Assembly (NCBI GenBank): GCA_964247055.1
Contig: OZ176054.1
Location: 8,246,001 to 8,310,000 of the forward strand
Source: Paragordius varius
Taxonomy: Eukaryota > Animalia > Nematomorpha
Reading direction: 5' to 3'
Length of the DNA stretch: 64,000 nt
In this document: positions 1-23,825 of the stretch, piece by piece
Layout: each line of letters begins with the position of its first letter
Numbering within the stretch: the first letter of the stretch is position 1
Made by a program: the position numbers and the translations under genes
The notes under the pieces: model-generated
Seen by the model: only the letters and a program-made list of their open reading frames with translations
What the model was told of the DNA's origin: nothing
Database searches by the model: none

Positions 1-757
1 CCAAAACTCGAATCTATAATTATAATAATCGATACACTCAAATGACTCTAATCGAATGCCTACTTAAAATCGCCATAGATTCGCAAGACATATTTCGTCC
101 ATATGAAAGGCTATATTGCATAATTAATTTTTCCTCAAATCTTTAAAATCGTAAGGGCCGATTAATGAGTTTTTACTTAAGAGTAAATTAACCGTTTTAC
201 CAAAATGGACGGTGGCGAAAAGTGATTTGTAACAGGAATGATAATTTATTTGAAGAAAAAAGCCCTTTAACAATTTAAAAGAAGTTCCCATTTGTAAAAC
301 ATTCGTTCGCCCTATAATTAGATTAAAATAAAAAAATTTATTTAAATTACTAATGGCGAAGAACAAATATCTATATGCAATAAGAGAAATCTTTAGCATC
401 AAATTAAGAAGCAAAAGTATTAAAATATCATTCGACAAAATTTTGCTATAATTTAATTTTTAGAGTTATCGAAAAATCATTTTTCCATAGTATTTTATAA
501 AAAATGATTTTCATCATAGAGAGACACAATGAATTTTGAATATTCTTAAAACATCCAACCAGAAGTAAAATGGAACCGAACCGGAACTAGGCGATTGAAA
601 CTGTATTGAAGCCTTTATATTTACTAAATTATAATTCTCATTTGCTTTTGGCTATATGGCTTAAGAACCATTTAAGAAGTTATTAACACTTTTGTAATTA
701 TAAGAAAGAAAATTAATTTATAATTTGCAAAATACTAAGTGTGAACTACATATTTAA

Positions 758-1326
758 CACTTCGATTCAATTTGAGGTATCTAAATACCCCAGACTAAAT
801 TTGAGTTAGGAGTTTGAAAAAAACTACTGAAGGAAACGGTCCCAATTTAAATTTATGCTTCTATCCTAAAAAAAATTTGCCAAAATATCTAAATGAAATA
901 TTGTTTTGAAAAAAAAGTTCCATGTCAAACTACTTCGCCGCCATTTTTATTTTACAAAATTTTTGCAAAATATCGTCTTTATTTGATTTTAAGGTTAGAA
1001 TTAATGCTAATTTTTTATTTAAATTACAGCTAACATTGATAGAAATAGAAAAAGCGGTTTATTTTGTTTTATTTTTCATTTTACCATTGCACACATGTCA
1101 CGCTAACTAAATTTTTACCTTTCGGTTTTAGCTTAAAATAAGTTATATCAAATATTTTTGAATAATTTTTTTTATATATTTCTGTTTTTTAATGTTTTAT
1201 AAGTGCAAAATTTTGCCATAGTTTCGATTGCTTCCATATTTTTTAAAGAATTTAATTTTAAACAGACCTGCGGTAACTACCCCAATTTAATTCAAAGGAC
1301 TAAAATGAGTGTGTTGTATCCAAGTG
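758..1326 (+). mobile_element. piggyBac-like non-autonomous element (MITE), copy 1
   Basis: TTAA at 754-757 and 1327-1330. Termini CACTT...AAGTG. Imperfect 13-bp TIR (cacttcgattcaa / cacttggatacaa) plus an asymmetric subterminal IR. Homologous copies at 54033, 54986 and 57822. Confidence 0.85.
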
Positions 1327-1706
1327 TTAAATACACGTAAATAAATAAATGTAACAATTGTGGTAAATTTACGTTGGTTGACTCTTAAAATTTATTTATT
1401 ATTGTTTATCTTTCATTCAAATACAACATGTAGATTTGTTGCTCGAGAAGTTTTGGTTAGATACCCATGTTCTCAAGTCTAAAATCTAGATGACACTCAA
1501 CACCACCTAAGACAAACAGACTTTAAATTAATACTATCCAATTTATTAAAAAAATACAAACAAAAGCATTTTATTTTAATTTTTTAACCATAATGCATAA
1601 ACGTTATTTGGCGCTAAAAGATTATGGAATTTTTGTTTAAATTTTACTTTCTAAGAATTTTTTTCGTGCACTGAAAGTCCAAACCAAGGGATATTAATTA
1701 TTATGA

Positions 1707-1740
<34 letters not shown>

Positions 1741-1830
1741 CAGATATGAAGTATTAGAATTATCATTATGAAATCGGTTATAGTTACGAGTGATTTAAGT
1801 TACATTTTTTTGGTAAGAGCTCTATAAATA

Positions 1831-2713
1831 TAGAAAACGGCAAACAGCACATCTTGAAACAAACTTTCTTAATGTAGGCTAAATCCTTCGTTTCGAAAAT
1901 CACTAATATAACATAAACTAATAGCAAAACATATTTTCAATATTATCAATTTTTAGATGTGGGTTTTGAAAGTCCCAAACTTTTTGCTCTTCAGTTCTTT
2001 TGAATATTAAAATGCCGGCATTGCGCGATAAATTTTAAATAGATACTTAATTTTAACATAAAAAAAAATATTTTTTTAAAAATGCATACTTTTTTCAAAA
2101 ATTTAATTTTCAGCAAAATCTTGTAGAAGCGTACTTATACTAATTTGACGCATGATGGAAATTGTATAAAACAATTTCAGATACTATAAAAACATTTCCT
2201 TTATATAATATGATGAACCATTCTATCACCTCACAATTTTTTAAATATTCTATCGTCTTCAGATTTATATTAAATGAAAATACAAAAATTCAACAAAATT
2301 TAAATTAAACGAAATTTAAAATACGGAAGCGATATCAAATTATACAAAAAAAAGTTTTTTAAAAAAGTGTTTCAAAAAAGCGTTTTTATACTGTTACCAT
2401 CCAAATTTAAAATATGAAGTACGCTTCAACAAAATCTCGCTAAAATTTTTTTAAAAATATGCATTTTAAATATTTTTTATGTGATTAGTATATATTGTAA
2501 ATTAACGCACAATTCCAGCATTTTCGCGTTTATTGGGAATTAGCCCATTTTAAAGATCAAAAAAATTGAGAGTTTCGGGGCTTACATCTAAAAAAAATAT
2601 TTTAGAAATATAGTTTTCTATGATATATTAGAGATATTTTTTGAAAGGAAGCATCTATCTTTCACCAAAAAAAATTATTTAAATATATGTGCGCAAATAT
2701 TCGCCATTTTCTA
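1831..2713. mobile_element. Degenerate long-inverted-repeat (foldback-type) element
   Basis: Arms of ~300 bp at 1831-2147 and ~2402-2713 are diverged reverse complements (e.g. cttgtagaagcgtactt / aagtacgcttcaacaa; tagaaaacggc / gccattttcta). Spacer is ~250 bp. Confidence 0.6.
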
Positions 2714-3052
2714 ATACGGATCACTTAGCACAAAAGTGTAAATAACTTTCTTGTATCCTTCATAAGAGCCAAAACTAAAATCACTAAGATAATTCTCATA
2801 CATTTCTTATCAGAATATATACATATTATCAGTTATTTTTATCTGTACGTATTATATAATTTAAGCAAATATATTTCAGGTATTAAGGCTAAATTTAAAA
2901 TTAATTAATATTTCAAAGCCTATATTGAATCTTATATCGTTGCTTACAGTTTATTTTAAGTTCTGGAATTCCGCACCAAAACGAGACATGATAAAAAACA
3001 CTCCTTCGCCTAGCTTTTGAACATCAGGATCACTTTTTTAAAAATTTGAATT

Positions 3053-3641
3053 ATGACCCGGGTAGAAAACGCTTGCTATTATAAAGATCTTCTATATCAT
3101 TCAACATTAGGCCAATTTAGTTTTGAAGAAATTAAAGCTCAAACAAAACCAATTACTGAAAATTTTAAAAAAAGACAAGAGCGTTTGTTAAAATTGTTAA
3201 TCCAATATTATAATAATCATAATGATCCAAAAGATTATTATCAACCCTTTTTTGAAAAATATTTAGATAAAATTGAAATGTCAGAATTGTTTGAAAATTA
3301 TATACGACAAAATATGACAATGGTCATAAATCATTTAAAAGAAGAACATGATCCTTATAAGGATAAAAATTTGCAAATAATTGAAATGTTTAAAAATGAT
3401 TTTATGGAAACAAATAATAGGTAACATTTTTTATATTTTAGAAAATTATTTAAAGCATTTGAAACTCAATGTACAGAAATTAAAAATCAATACATATTGG
3501 ATTTATTTGAAAAATTTCGAAGTTTAATTTAATTTATATCTTTAAGCTCAATACCCTGAATTCACACCTTTAGAAGTATCCAAAATTTACTATGTGCTTT
3601 TTTCAAATAACGAACAAGAAATCAATAAAAGAAAAGTATAA
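3053..3641 (+). CDS. Orphan protein-coding gene with two ultrashort introns; 5' end uncertain
   Basis: ORF 3053-3420 continues in frame through GT-AG introns 3421-3441 (21 nt, contains the stop) and 3522-3546 (25 nt) to TAA at 3641 (...RKLFKAFETQ...RTQYPEFTPLEVSKIYYVLFSNNEQEINKRKV). No family recognised. Open-frame pieces back to ~2729 do not join cleanly. Confidence 0.6.
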
Positions 3642-4190
3642 TACATTAGCTATGACTTTTTTATTTTTGATTCTTTTTTCTGATCGCGAATTTTGATACC
3701 CCAATATTTTAAAAAATAGAACAAATGATATATTATTTCTAATTTGATTTGTTATGTAATCATACACAGTCTTCCATAATAACTTAGATTCTGCGAAGGC
3801 ATAGTTTATCCACTGTTAATAAAACCTTAATTTATAATTAAAGTTTTTCCAATTAGTATGCGTATTATTCTACAATTATAAATATTTTCATTGAAAAAAT
3901 GATTTATTTTTTTTGTTTCATATTAAATTTGGCTCATTACAAGGGCTCCAAATAATTAAATTTTTAAACTTTAAACGACTATAACCTAAAATCTATAAGC
4001 TTAAAAGTACATTGCTCATCACATGAGCTAATTACTATTTAGAAAACGCTGTTTTTTTTTCTAAAAACCTCATTATGTTCGGAGTCATTTCAGGAAGGTC
4101 ACACACTAGATTCTTATTAGATAACTTTTGACTACCTTAATTCCCATGTATCAATATTTTTAGATAAAAATATTTATTTCATATTACTAG

Positions 4191-5373
4191 CACGAAGTCA
4201 TTCTCAATAAACTGCAGAATACCAATTTTTCTATTGGACAAGGAAGTAAAGTATTATGCTAACCAATTTTAATAAATGAAATGTATATTCAAACCGTAAA
4301 AAATAAATAAAGTCGTCATTGCAAACAATTAATAAAATTAAATTACTAATGGTTAAGATTTTGTTACATTATAAACGCCCTCACAAACCGTTTTTGTAAA
4401 GCCGGAATAACCATTACTCTTTTTGAAACATTTAAAATTAAACTTGTTTTAATATATAATATAAAATTTTCCAATCTTAACATATTATTAATATCGTAGT
4501 ATATAAAGCTATTGATATCTTAATAATAATGGAGCAAACGATATAAAAATTATTGAATAAATCATGATTTTATTAAATAAAATAATTTTTATTTATAAAT
4601 TTACTTTTTTACAAGGTGACAAAAATGAAAAATGTGAGAATGAGTTTGCATCCAAGGTATTTTTATTAAAAAAACACAATTCTTGAAAAAATTTTGCCAC
4701 AAATCATATTAGTTATAAGTTAAGCTCCATTAATATAAGATAATAAACAATATTTTGTTTTTTTACCAATTATAACCACTAATAATTCATCAATAACCAA
4801 TAAGATCTGATCTGACTGAGTTATCCCAATATTAAAAAATTGGTTTTAGTTTAGCATATATTTTATCAATTTTTAATATTTTTAGCAGATTGAAAAGCAG
4901 CCAAGTAAACCCAATCTAAGTACGATATATGAGACAAGCAGAGAAATATGTAAGATTTTTACATTCTTGATTATATTAAAGTCATACTATGTTTCATACA
5001 TATAATAACTTAAATGTGTGATACGACTTTAATTAATTAATCATATTTTGTCGCCAGTGATTTTAGTTATCAAAAGTTAATGATAAAGTTTTTAACATAA
5101 ATATCATAATAATGAATAAATTCATTCATACACCTAATTAAGAATATTTGGAACAGCTTAGCTTTAATTATCTAAATCCAATTTTTTTTTACCGTTTACC
5201 AAATATTTCTGTAACTAGCTTCCCAGAGTCATATAAATTCAAATGAAGCGACAAACATACATTTTTTGACTGGATCAAGTACAAATACATTTTCAAGTCG
5301 TACAAAATCTTCAGTTTCGGGATCCTCCTCAAATGCAACAAATTATAGCTATAATTCGGCCTGGAAAATATGA
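4191..5373 (+). CDS. Possible multi-exon orphan gene with Ser-rich C-terminus
   Basis: Phase-compatible exon candidates 4616-4656 and 4889-4949. A last exon pair 5143-5193 / 5219-5373 is joined by a 25-nt GT-AG intron (...TGSSTNTFSSRTKSSVSGSSSNATNYSYNSAWKI*). The junction from 4949 to the next exon is unresolved. Confidence 0.3.
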
Positions 5374-5533
5374 ACCATTTTTATCAATAACATTTTGTTT
5401 AATTTTTAATTGGTTGTATTAAAGTGTAAATAAATTGGTGATGGGTTTTTACTTATATTGAGATTAAATTGTATCAACTTATGGGTATATAACGTAAAAT
5501 ATGCCAAATGGACATTACAGTATGACACATACA

Positions 5534-6126
5534 TAGGGTTGTGCTGACAAAGTTATGACCCATTAATTGACGGGGTCATGACCAGGTCAGTGACTATTTA
5601 TTTTTGACCATGGACATTTTGAAAACTGTTTTTTTTATATATTTTTATAAATTAAATTAATTTAAATATATTAAATAATCGATATTTAAATATGCTTATT
5701 TAACAATATATTAAAAATTTTTAAACATGCATCCTTATAACATTAGCATTTAAAAATATCCAGTTATTTTGAATGACAAAACAATCAAGCCTTGTGCTAA
5801 ATATCCAATTACATATATGTGAATTAATAAAATGAAAAAACATTTTATATTAGAATATTAATTCATTGATGGTGATGAAAAAAAGAGTAAAACAAACTAG
5901 GTAATTTATGAAACAATTTGAAGATTTAGAAGACCACAAACATGTGGCAAAATTCATTTGAAAACAAAATTCTTGATTAAATTTAATATATTTGTAATTA
6001 ATAAATATCAAAAAATGTATAATAACCTTTAATCCAATATGGCATGATAATTACTTAAGTAAAAAGTGGTCATGGCCATGGTCTGACCGGAGTTTCTTGA
6101 AAAAAGCATTCAAATGCACAACCCTC
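5534..6126. mobile_element. Non-autonomous hAT element, copy 1
   Basis: TIR TAGGGTTGTGC...GCACAACCCTC. Perfect 8-bp TSD CACATACA (5526-5533, 6127-6134). Subterminal TGACC repeats. Homologous to 19290-19986. Confidence 0.9.
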
Positions 6127-6361
6127 CACATACATTAACACCGCAAAGTGTTTTATTATTGGCTAATACAGCCAAAAGCGAAAAAATTAACTTTAGGCCA
6201 ATAATTTCTTTTGCTACATATGCTATCTGGCAATAATTAATGAAAAACTGCCAATTACTAACTCATGATAAAAGGTTTAAATATTAATATACATTTAAAT
6301 ATTTATTATATAAATAGATAAATTAAATAAGCTATTTGTATATATATATATATATTAAATA

Positions 6362-17958
<11,597 letters not shown>

Positions 17959-18592
17959 GTGTTGTAACACATTGAATTCGCACTGTAAGTTTTCACAGGT
18001 GACTTTCTATATTTGGGGTTTTGTAAATGGTACCCGGAGAATTTTAAGCAAAAACTATTAATGTTGTGTTAGTATATTAAACTTTATTTATCATACATTA
18101 TAATTATGCCATAACAACCATTTCATAAACAATATGCACATAATATTTTGGTGAAAACACTTAAATTATAATTGTAAAAATTTTTTTGGGAGAATATATG
18201 AGTCGAATTTTAATCTTACTTGTTTTATAAATAATGCTTAGTACCATATTTAACTGTCCTTCATTAATATAAATATTTATGAATATGAATTTTAGGATTT
18301 TTTGATTGTGCAAGCGTTTTTCAAAGAAATTTTTTTTGGAAAAATCTAATTTTTTATTTTTTTTAAATATTGTATTTTTAAAAATTCAGAGATTTTCTAC
18401 TTTGTAATTGCTTTGATACTTTCATATGCATTTGTAATTTTTTAAGATTTTTATTTTTAAAGGACTTTGCTATTATGCTTAAATAAACCAAAGAGAAGGG
18501 CTCAAGGCCGCCACGCTACAGAAAACAATTATTACTGTTTTAACGTTGTCTCGCCTTTTAGTATATTTAAAGTTTGACATGTGAATATAGCA
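17959..18592. promoter_or_regulatory. Divergent intergenic region, probable bidirectional promoter for Vps34 and NUDT18
   Basis: Only 634 bp separate the head-to-head start codons, with a small GC-richer patch at ~18495-18520. No TSS evidence. Confidence 0.45.
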
Positions 18593-21341
18593 ATGCGTGC
18601 TAAAAACTATAGGCAAGGCATTGATTCTCTGACAAATCTATTAAGCCAGAATATACCGAAAAAACGTGTAATATTTTTTTATTTTAGGATTGATTTTGAG
18701 AACAAATGTCTCCTATATTGTGTGTGCAATTATTATTCAAAAGGAACAAATATTATTAATGCAAGAAACAAAAAGGCATTTACAAAAGCGTTGGTATATT
18801 CCTGGTGGCAAAGTCGAATATCAAGAATCACTCACAGTATTTTTAATCATATTTTAGGATGCCCTTATAAGAGAAACTCTTGAAGAAACTGGAATAAAAT
18901 GCCTTCCTAAGGCTTTAATTAAAATTGAATGCGATAAAGGCAAATGGTTCAGGTTCATATATTTTTGTGAAGCCGTCGGTTTTATTTTTTTCAAATTTTA
19001 GGTGGAAAATTAAAAACGCATGAAAATAAACATTCTATGCAAGCAAAGTGGTTTGATTTGGATGAATTATCAAATTTATATATGAAGTTCTATTTAACTT
19101 TACATATAGATTCACTGATCTCCCGGATTTTGTTAATATCCCTTTTGACACATTTTCCAAATTGAAAAAGAAATTTACTATAATGCCTAAGCCTATCTCA
19201 CAACCCAACCTAATATTACATTTTTTAACATGTGTTAAAGTTGGGTAATTTAAAATAATACTAAATATTATATAAGTATGTATCTGAATTAGGGTTGTGC
19301 TGACCAACTCATGACCCGGTCTTGACCGGGTCATGACCAGGTCAGTGACTATTTATTTTTCGACCATGGTCATTTAAAGAAACAGCTGTTTTTTAAAAAT
19401 TGCTAGTAAATTTTTTTTGGAAGAGATAGTAAAATTTTATTGCTTTTTAATATACTTTTTAAAAAATATAAATTAAATATTTAAATATGCTTATTTACAA
19501 TATAAAATTGGTTAACATGCATCCTTATAACATTAGCATTTACATCCAGTTATTTTGAAAAACAATCAAGCATTTTGCAAAATATGCGATTATTTTATAT
19601 ATATGAACCAATAAAATGTAAAAACATTTTATAATTGGATATTTCAATGATGAAAAAAAGTGTAAAACAAACTAGGTAAAATTTTATTTGAAATATCCAG
19701 TATTAAAAGCTATGAATTTGAAGATTCAGAAGGCTACAAGAATGTAGCAAAATTTATTTCAAAACAAAATTCTTGATTAAATTTGATTGAATATATTGTA
19801 AATATAAAAAAATATATAAAATAAACTTTTAGAAAAAGCATCACATTATTAGTGAAACACAAGTGTCATTCGAACTTTATTTTCACATCCAATATCGCAT
19901 GGTATTTAAGGTAAAGTGGTCATAACCATGGTCTGACCGGGTCTGACTGGACTTTTTTTGAAAAAGCAGTCAAATGCACAACCCTAATCTGAATTCTATA
20001 TTATTTCGGTTTTATTTTTAATGTTTTTTTATAAAAATTTTGTTTTTTGTTGTTTTTAATATTTATTCTTAATAAAAGCAACTTTTCAATTTTGACGCGA
20101 TTTTGAACCAAAATACAGTCTATTAAACGATTTTGGAAACGTTTTTCGCCAATTTACGGTGAAATATATAGTATAAACATATGATTTATTGAAATAAAAC
20201 ATAAATATATTTTTTTATGTAAAATAGGTCGTTAATTTTAAAAATGGAATCATTGTTGAAAAAACGCATTCATATTTTTTAAAATTTCCGTAATGATTTG
20301 GAACTGTTTTCTTTTAAAAAATATCCGGAATTCTAACTTGGAACCGGACAATATAAAATATTTTCCAATTTCTCATTGTTATTTAACCACATTTCAATTT
20401 TAAAATACCTACTTTAATTGCAATATTAAATATAGAGGCAAAACAATAGGTGTATTGCTCAAAGATCAAAATATTCCTGCCCTTATAATCAACCATTCTT
20501 TTACTCATTTGTCCAAAATCGACGAATACATTAAGGTATATATTTCGTTTTCATTATTATGCCACCAATTTTTTACATAATAATTAAGTTAATTAATAAA
20601 TATAATTTTTACTGGAACAATTCTAATTTTTTGAAATATTTCATCTAATTTTAATGATATTAGAATATTTGGCTATTAGATCATTTAATCCTTAATCAAA
20701 TGATATTTCATAGAGATAAAACGAAATACAAAATTTTCAAAAAACAACCATACTGTTTAAACCTTTATTTTCCCTTATATCCCATTTAATTACAATTGTA
20801 AAATAAATTATTGATTGTTATATTTTACATTTCTATTTATTTTGCAGTTTAAAACAATGAGCTATAAAGTTCAAAAAGATTCTCTTTAAATATTTTACGT
20901 CTTGTCAGTATAAAACTTTTCCTTAAATTTTATGTATAAATGTCCATTTTTGTTGACCAACAACTTCTTTGTAATTTACTTTTTGTACATGTTTAACAGA
21001 GTTTATTAGCGATTGAACCACATCGCATTACACATCATGGTGTAATTCAAGTCCATCATACCCCTGCAAACGTACATAGGTTATCTCCCAATGGTCTGGC
21101 ATTAACTTATCTAATCTCAATTTCCTATGTAAAAAATCAATTTCCCGACGACGACGACCTCGTAATCAATAATATAGAGAACATTGCTAAATCAATTGTT
21201 AGCAATTCTGCTGCTGAATATCATATTGGGGACCCGTTTGTGGGAAAATGTGATTTTACCATCAAAAAATTTGTTAATCATTTTATAAAAAAATCGGCGT
21301 GCATTCCATTAACGTTTAACACGTTAAAAATTCCTTATTAA
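18593..21341 (+). CDS. NUDT18: Nudix hydrolase 18-like (8-oxo-dGDP phosphatase), ~334 aa
   Basis: Exons 18593-18665, 18688-18836, 18858-18978, 19002-19086, 19110-19244, 20436-20535, 21000-21341 (1005 nt). Nudix box GGKVEYQESLTDALIRETLEETGI. NUDT18-like context LRTNVSYIVCA, WYIPGG, WFRFIYFCEAVGGKLKT, SMQAKW. Confidence 0.88.
19290..19986. mobile_element. Non-autonomous hAT element, copy 2, in NUDT18 intron 5
   Basis: TIR TAGGGTTGTGC...GCACAACCCTA. Perfect 8-bp TSD ATCTGAAT (19282-19289, 19987-19994). Confidence 0.92.
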
Positions 21342-22601
21342 TAAATACAATAGATAAAGTATATCATATTTATTTATTAAGTTACGCTTTTAGGGATTAA
21401 GTTGTTGATTTTTTACGAAAGTTTTGTAGGGACCTTTTTGAGTCTTTTTATTTTTAATTTGAGCGAATAGACGATGATAAATTGAAAGAGATTGAGCATT
21501 ATAAATTAGATTTAAAAGCTCTAACAAGTAGTTCCTTTAAAACACGGCACACAACGATCACAAAAGATCTAAAAAAACGCAATATTGATGTTAAATACGG
21601 TTACAACCTCAAAATATGGAAGAAATAAATATATTAGACACTCGTTATTGAGTACCCTGATTAAGGTTTTAAATTAAATGTAGATTTGCGCGGTTTGATC
21701 TATTAAAACAATTTTAAACCTATATTTAAACATTTTCTCTATTTTATATCGTAAAATCTAGTTTTGTAATTTTCAGATGGAACCAAAGGTTATATACCCC
21801 AAAAAACAATATAACTTTAGGGATAAAAAGACCATTTGTAATATATATATATATATATATATATATCGTTTCAAAACACTTTTCCGTTCTTTTTAGAAAA
21901 AATTGATAAAATATCATAATTTATTTTCATTTTACAACAATTAATTATGTCGCATAATAATATTCATACACCATAAATATATATATAAACAACCGCCGTA
22001 AATATGTATTCAGTTGAAAATTTATAATGATATAATATGGATTATTTCACGGGGTAGGGGTACGATAATACATTATATAAGTTTTATAATGACTATAATT
22101 CACATTGATATCTATTTTCAATGAAATTTTTACATAAATATTTAAAATAAATATATTTATCAATAAAAATAATAAAATTAATCATGTACCTTTAAATTTA
22201 AATGGAAAAAATTTAATGTGTGAAAAAAAAATCGTTTCTAACTAAAGTATGCACACACAGACACATCTTTTAAAGAACTAATGATACTTTAATAAAATAT
22301 ATTTTATAAAAATTGAATTATATACTACTTTATTAATTGGAATTTATATTTTGTTTACTTTTAATAAATTGTATAATTCAATAAATTGCACCATTACATT
22401 CTCCAAATGGCTGGTAGTACTAAAAATGTTAGAATACTTTCTTGTTTAAAACAATATATTATTATTATTGTTGTTGTTGTTTAAATATCCCTGTAAATTT
22501 TAAATATTTTTGAAACTGTTGAAATTCAATGCTTTAACAGTGCCGGTTTTGTTGTCGTGTTTAAGATTTTAGAATCGGCATATGAGGTGATAAAATAATG
22601 A

Positions 22602-22829
22602 TTAGAAATCTACAAATTCTTTTTGACATTTTTCAGATGTTGAAATTCGGAAAGGTATCCAGGTATCCAGAAAAGGGTGTGGCAGGCATGGTCCCAACCG
22701 CCACTGTCCGCACAGGACGACCCTTACCGCCTTCCTGCGCTTTTACACGCTTCAGGGCTCCTCATCGTAATCATCAAAGTTGGATGCATCACCTGGTCCT
22801 TTGAATTTGGGAATGAAAGGTGCTTCAAT
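22602..22829 (-). pseudogene. Duplicate PKA-C terminal exon disrupted by a 102-bp insertion
   Basis: Same exon as 25945-26070 ([24 protein letters not shown]...KEFVDF*). The insert at 22657-22758 introduces TGA after DEEP. Confidence 0.9.
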
Positions 22830-23825
22830 CTATTCATTAAAATATTTTTGTGTTTTTGCAAAAAATGAACAAAAATATATGTAATTTTAGGTAATCACTA
22901 TATTAACCAAATATTTTCAAACATCTGTTTATTACTATTTCAAGTTTATGATTTTTTGTGACATGAATAAAAAATTTGCCAGGATAAAATAATACATAAG
23001 ATTTCGAAAAAATAATTTAACATTTACCATATTAAAAAAAATTATTTTATTGTTAACTGCTGTCAAAAAAAATCTGTCCAAACAAAAAACTTTTTAATAG
23101 TTATACCGGTAAGTAATATATGGTAAATTTTTGAAAGTTTAATAAATAAATTAAAAATTGTCCCGTAGTGTGATGTTAACGCAATACACAATAAATTTAT
23201 CCCCAAATTAAAGAAAGGCAAAATATATTTTAAATTAAATGAATTATTTTATAATCCATTTAATTTATTGTCTTAACAACTTTGTAATAAGCTGTATATA
23301 AATGTTATAATTTACACGATCCAGTATTAAAAGCTATGAATTTGAAGATTCAGAAGGCTACAAGAATGTGGCAAAATTTATTTCAAAACAAAATTCGGTT
23401 TTATTTTTAATGTTTTTTTTATAAAAATTTTGTTTTTTGTTGTTTTTAATATTTATTCTTAATAAAAGCAACTTTTTAATTTTGACGCGATTATGAACCA
23501 AAATACAGTCTATTAAACGATTTTGGAAACGTTTTTCGCCAAGTTACGGTGAAATATATAGTATAAGCATATGATTTATTGATATAAAACATAAATATAT
23601 TTTTTTGTGTGAAATAGGTCGTTAATTTTTAAAATAGAATCATTGTTGAAAAAACGCATTCATATTTTTTAAATTTCCCGAATCATTTGGAACTGTTTTC
23701 TTTTAAAAAATATCCGATATTCTAACTTGGAACCGGACAATAAAATATTTCCCAATTTCTCATTGTTATTTAACCACATTTCATACTCACTTTAATTGCA
23801 ATATTAAGTTATTAATTATATATAG

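Noticed and set aside
124-438. 104-aa minus-strand ORF and most other 60-100 aa F/I/L/K/N-rich ORFs in the track
   Set aside because: Their composition is that expected of random AT-rich DNA, with no motifs or splice context.
922-1110. Three similar ORFs (922-1110, 54216-54428, 55126-55344; MSNYF…) suggesting a small-protein family
   Set aside because: All lie inside copies of the same TTAA-flanked MITE. Starts and ends differ between copies and no domain is recognisable.
2900-2925. In-frame TAA in an open stretch, suggesting stop-codon reassignment
   Set aside because: The four conserved genes end in TAA/TGA at the expected positions and have no internal stops, so the standard code fits.
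22598-22868. Plus-strand ORFs 22598-22804 and 22677-22868
   Set aside because: They are antisense shadows of the duplicate PKA exon plus the GC-rich insert.
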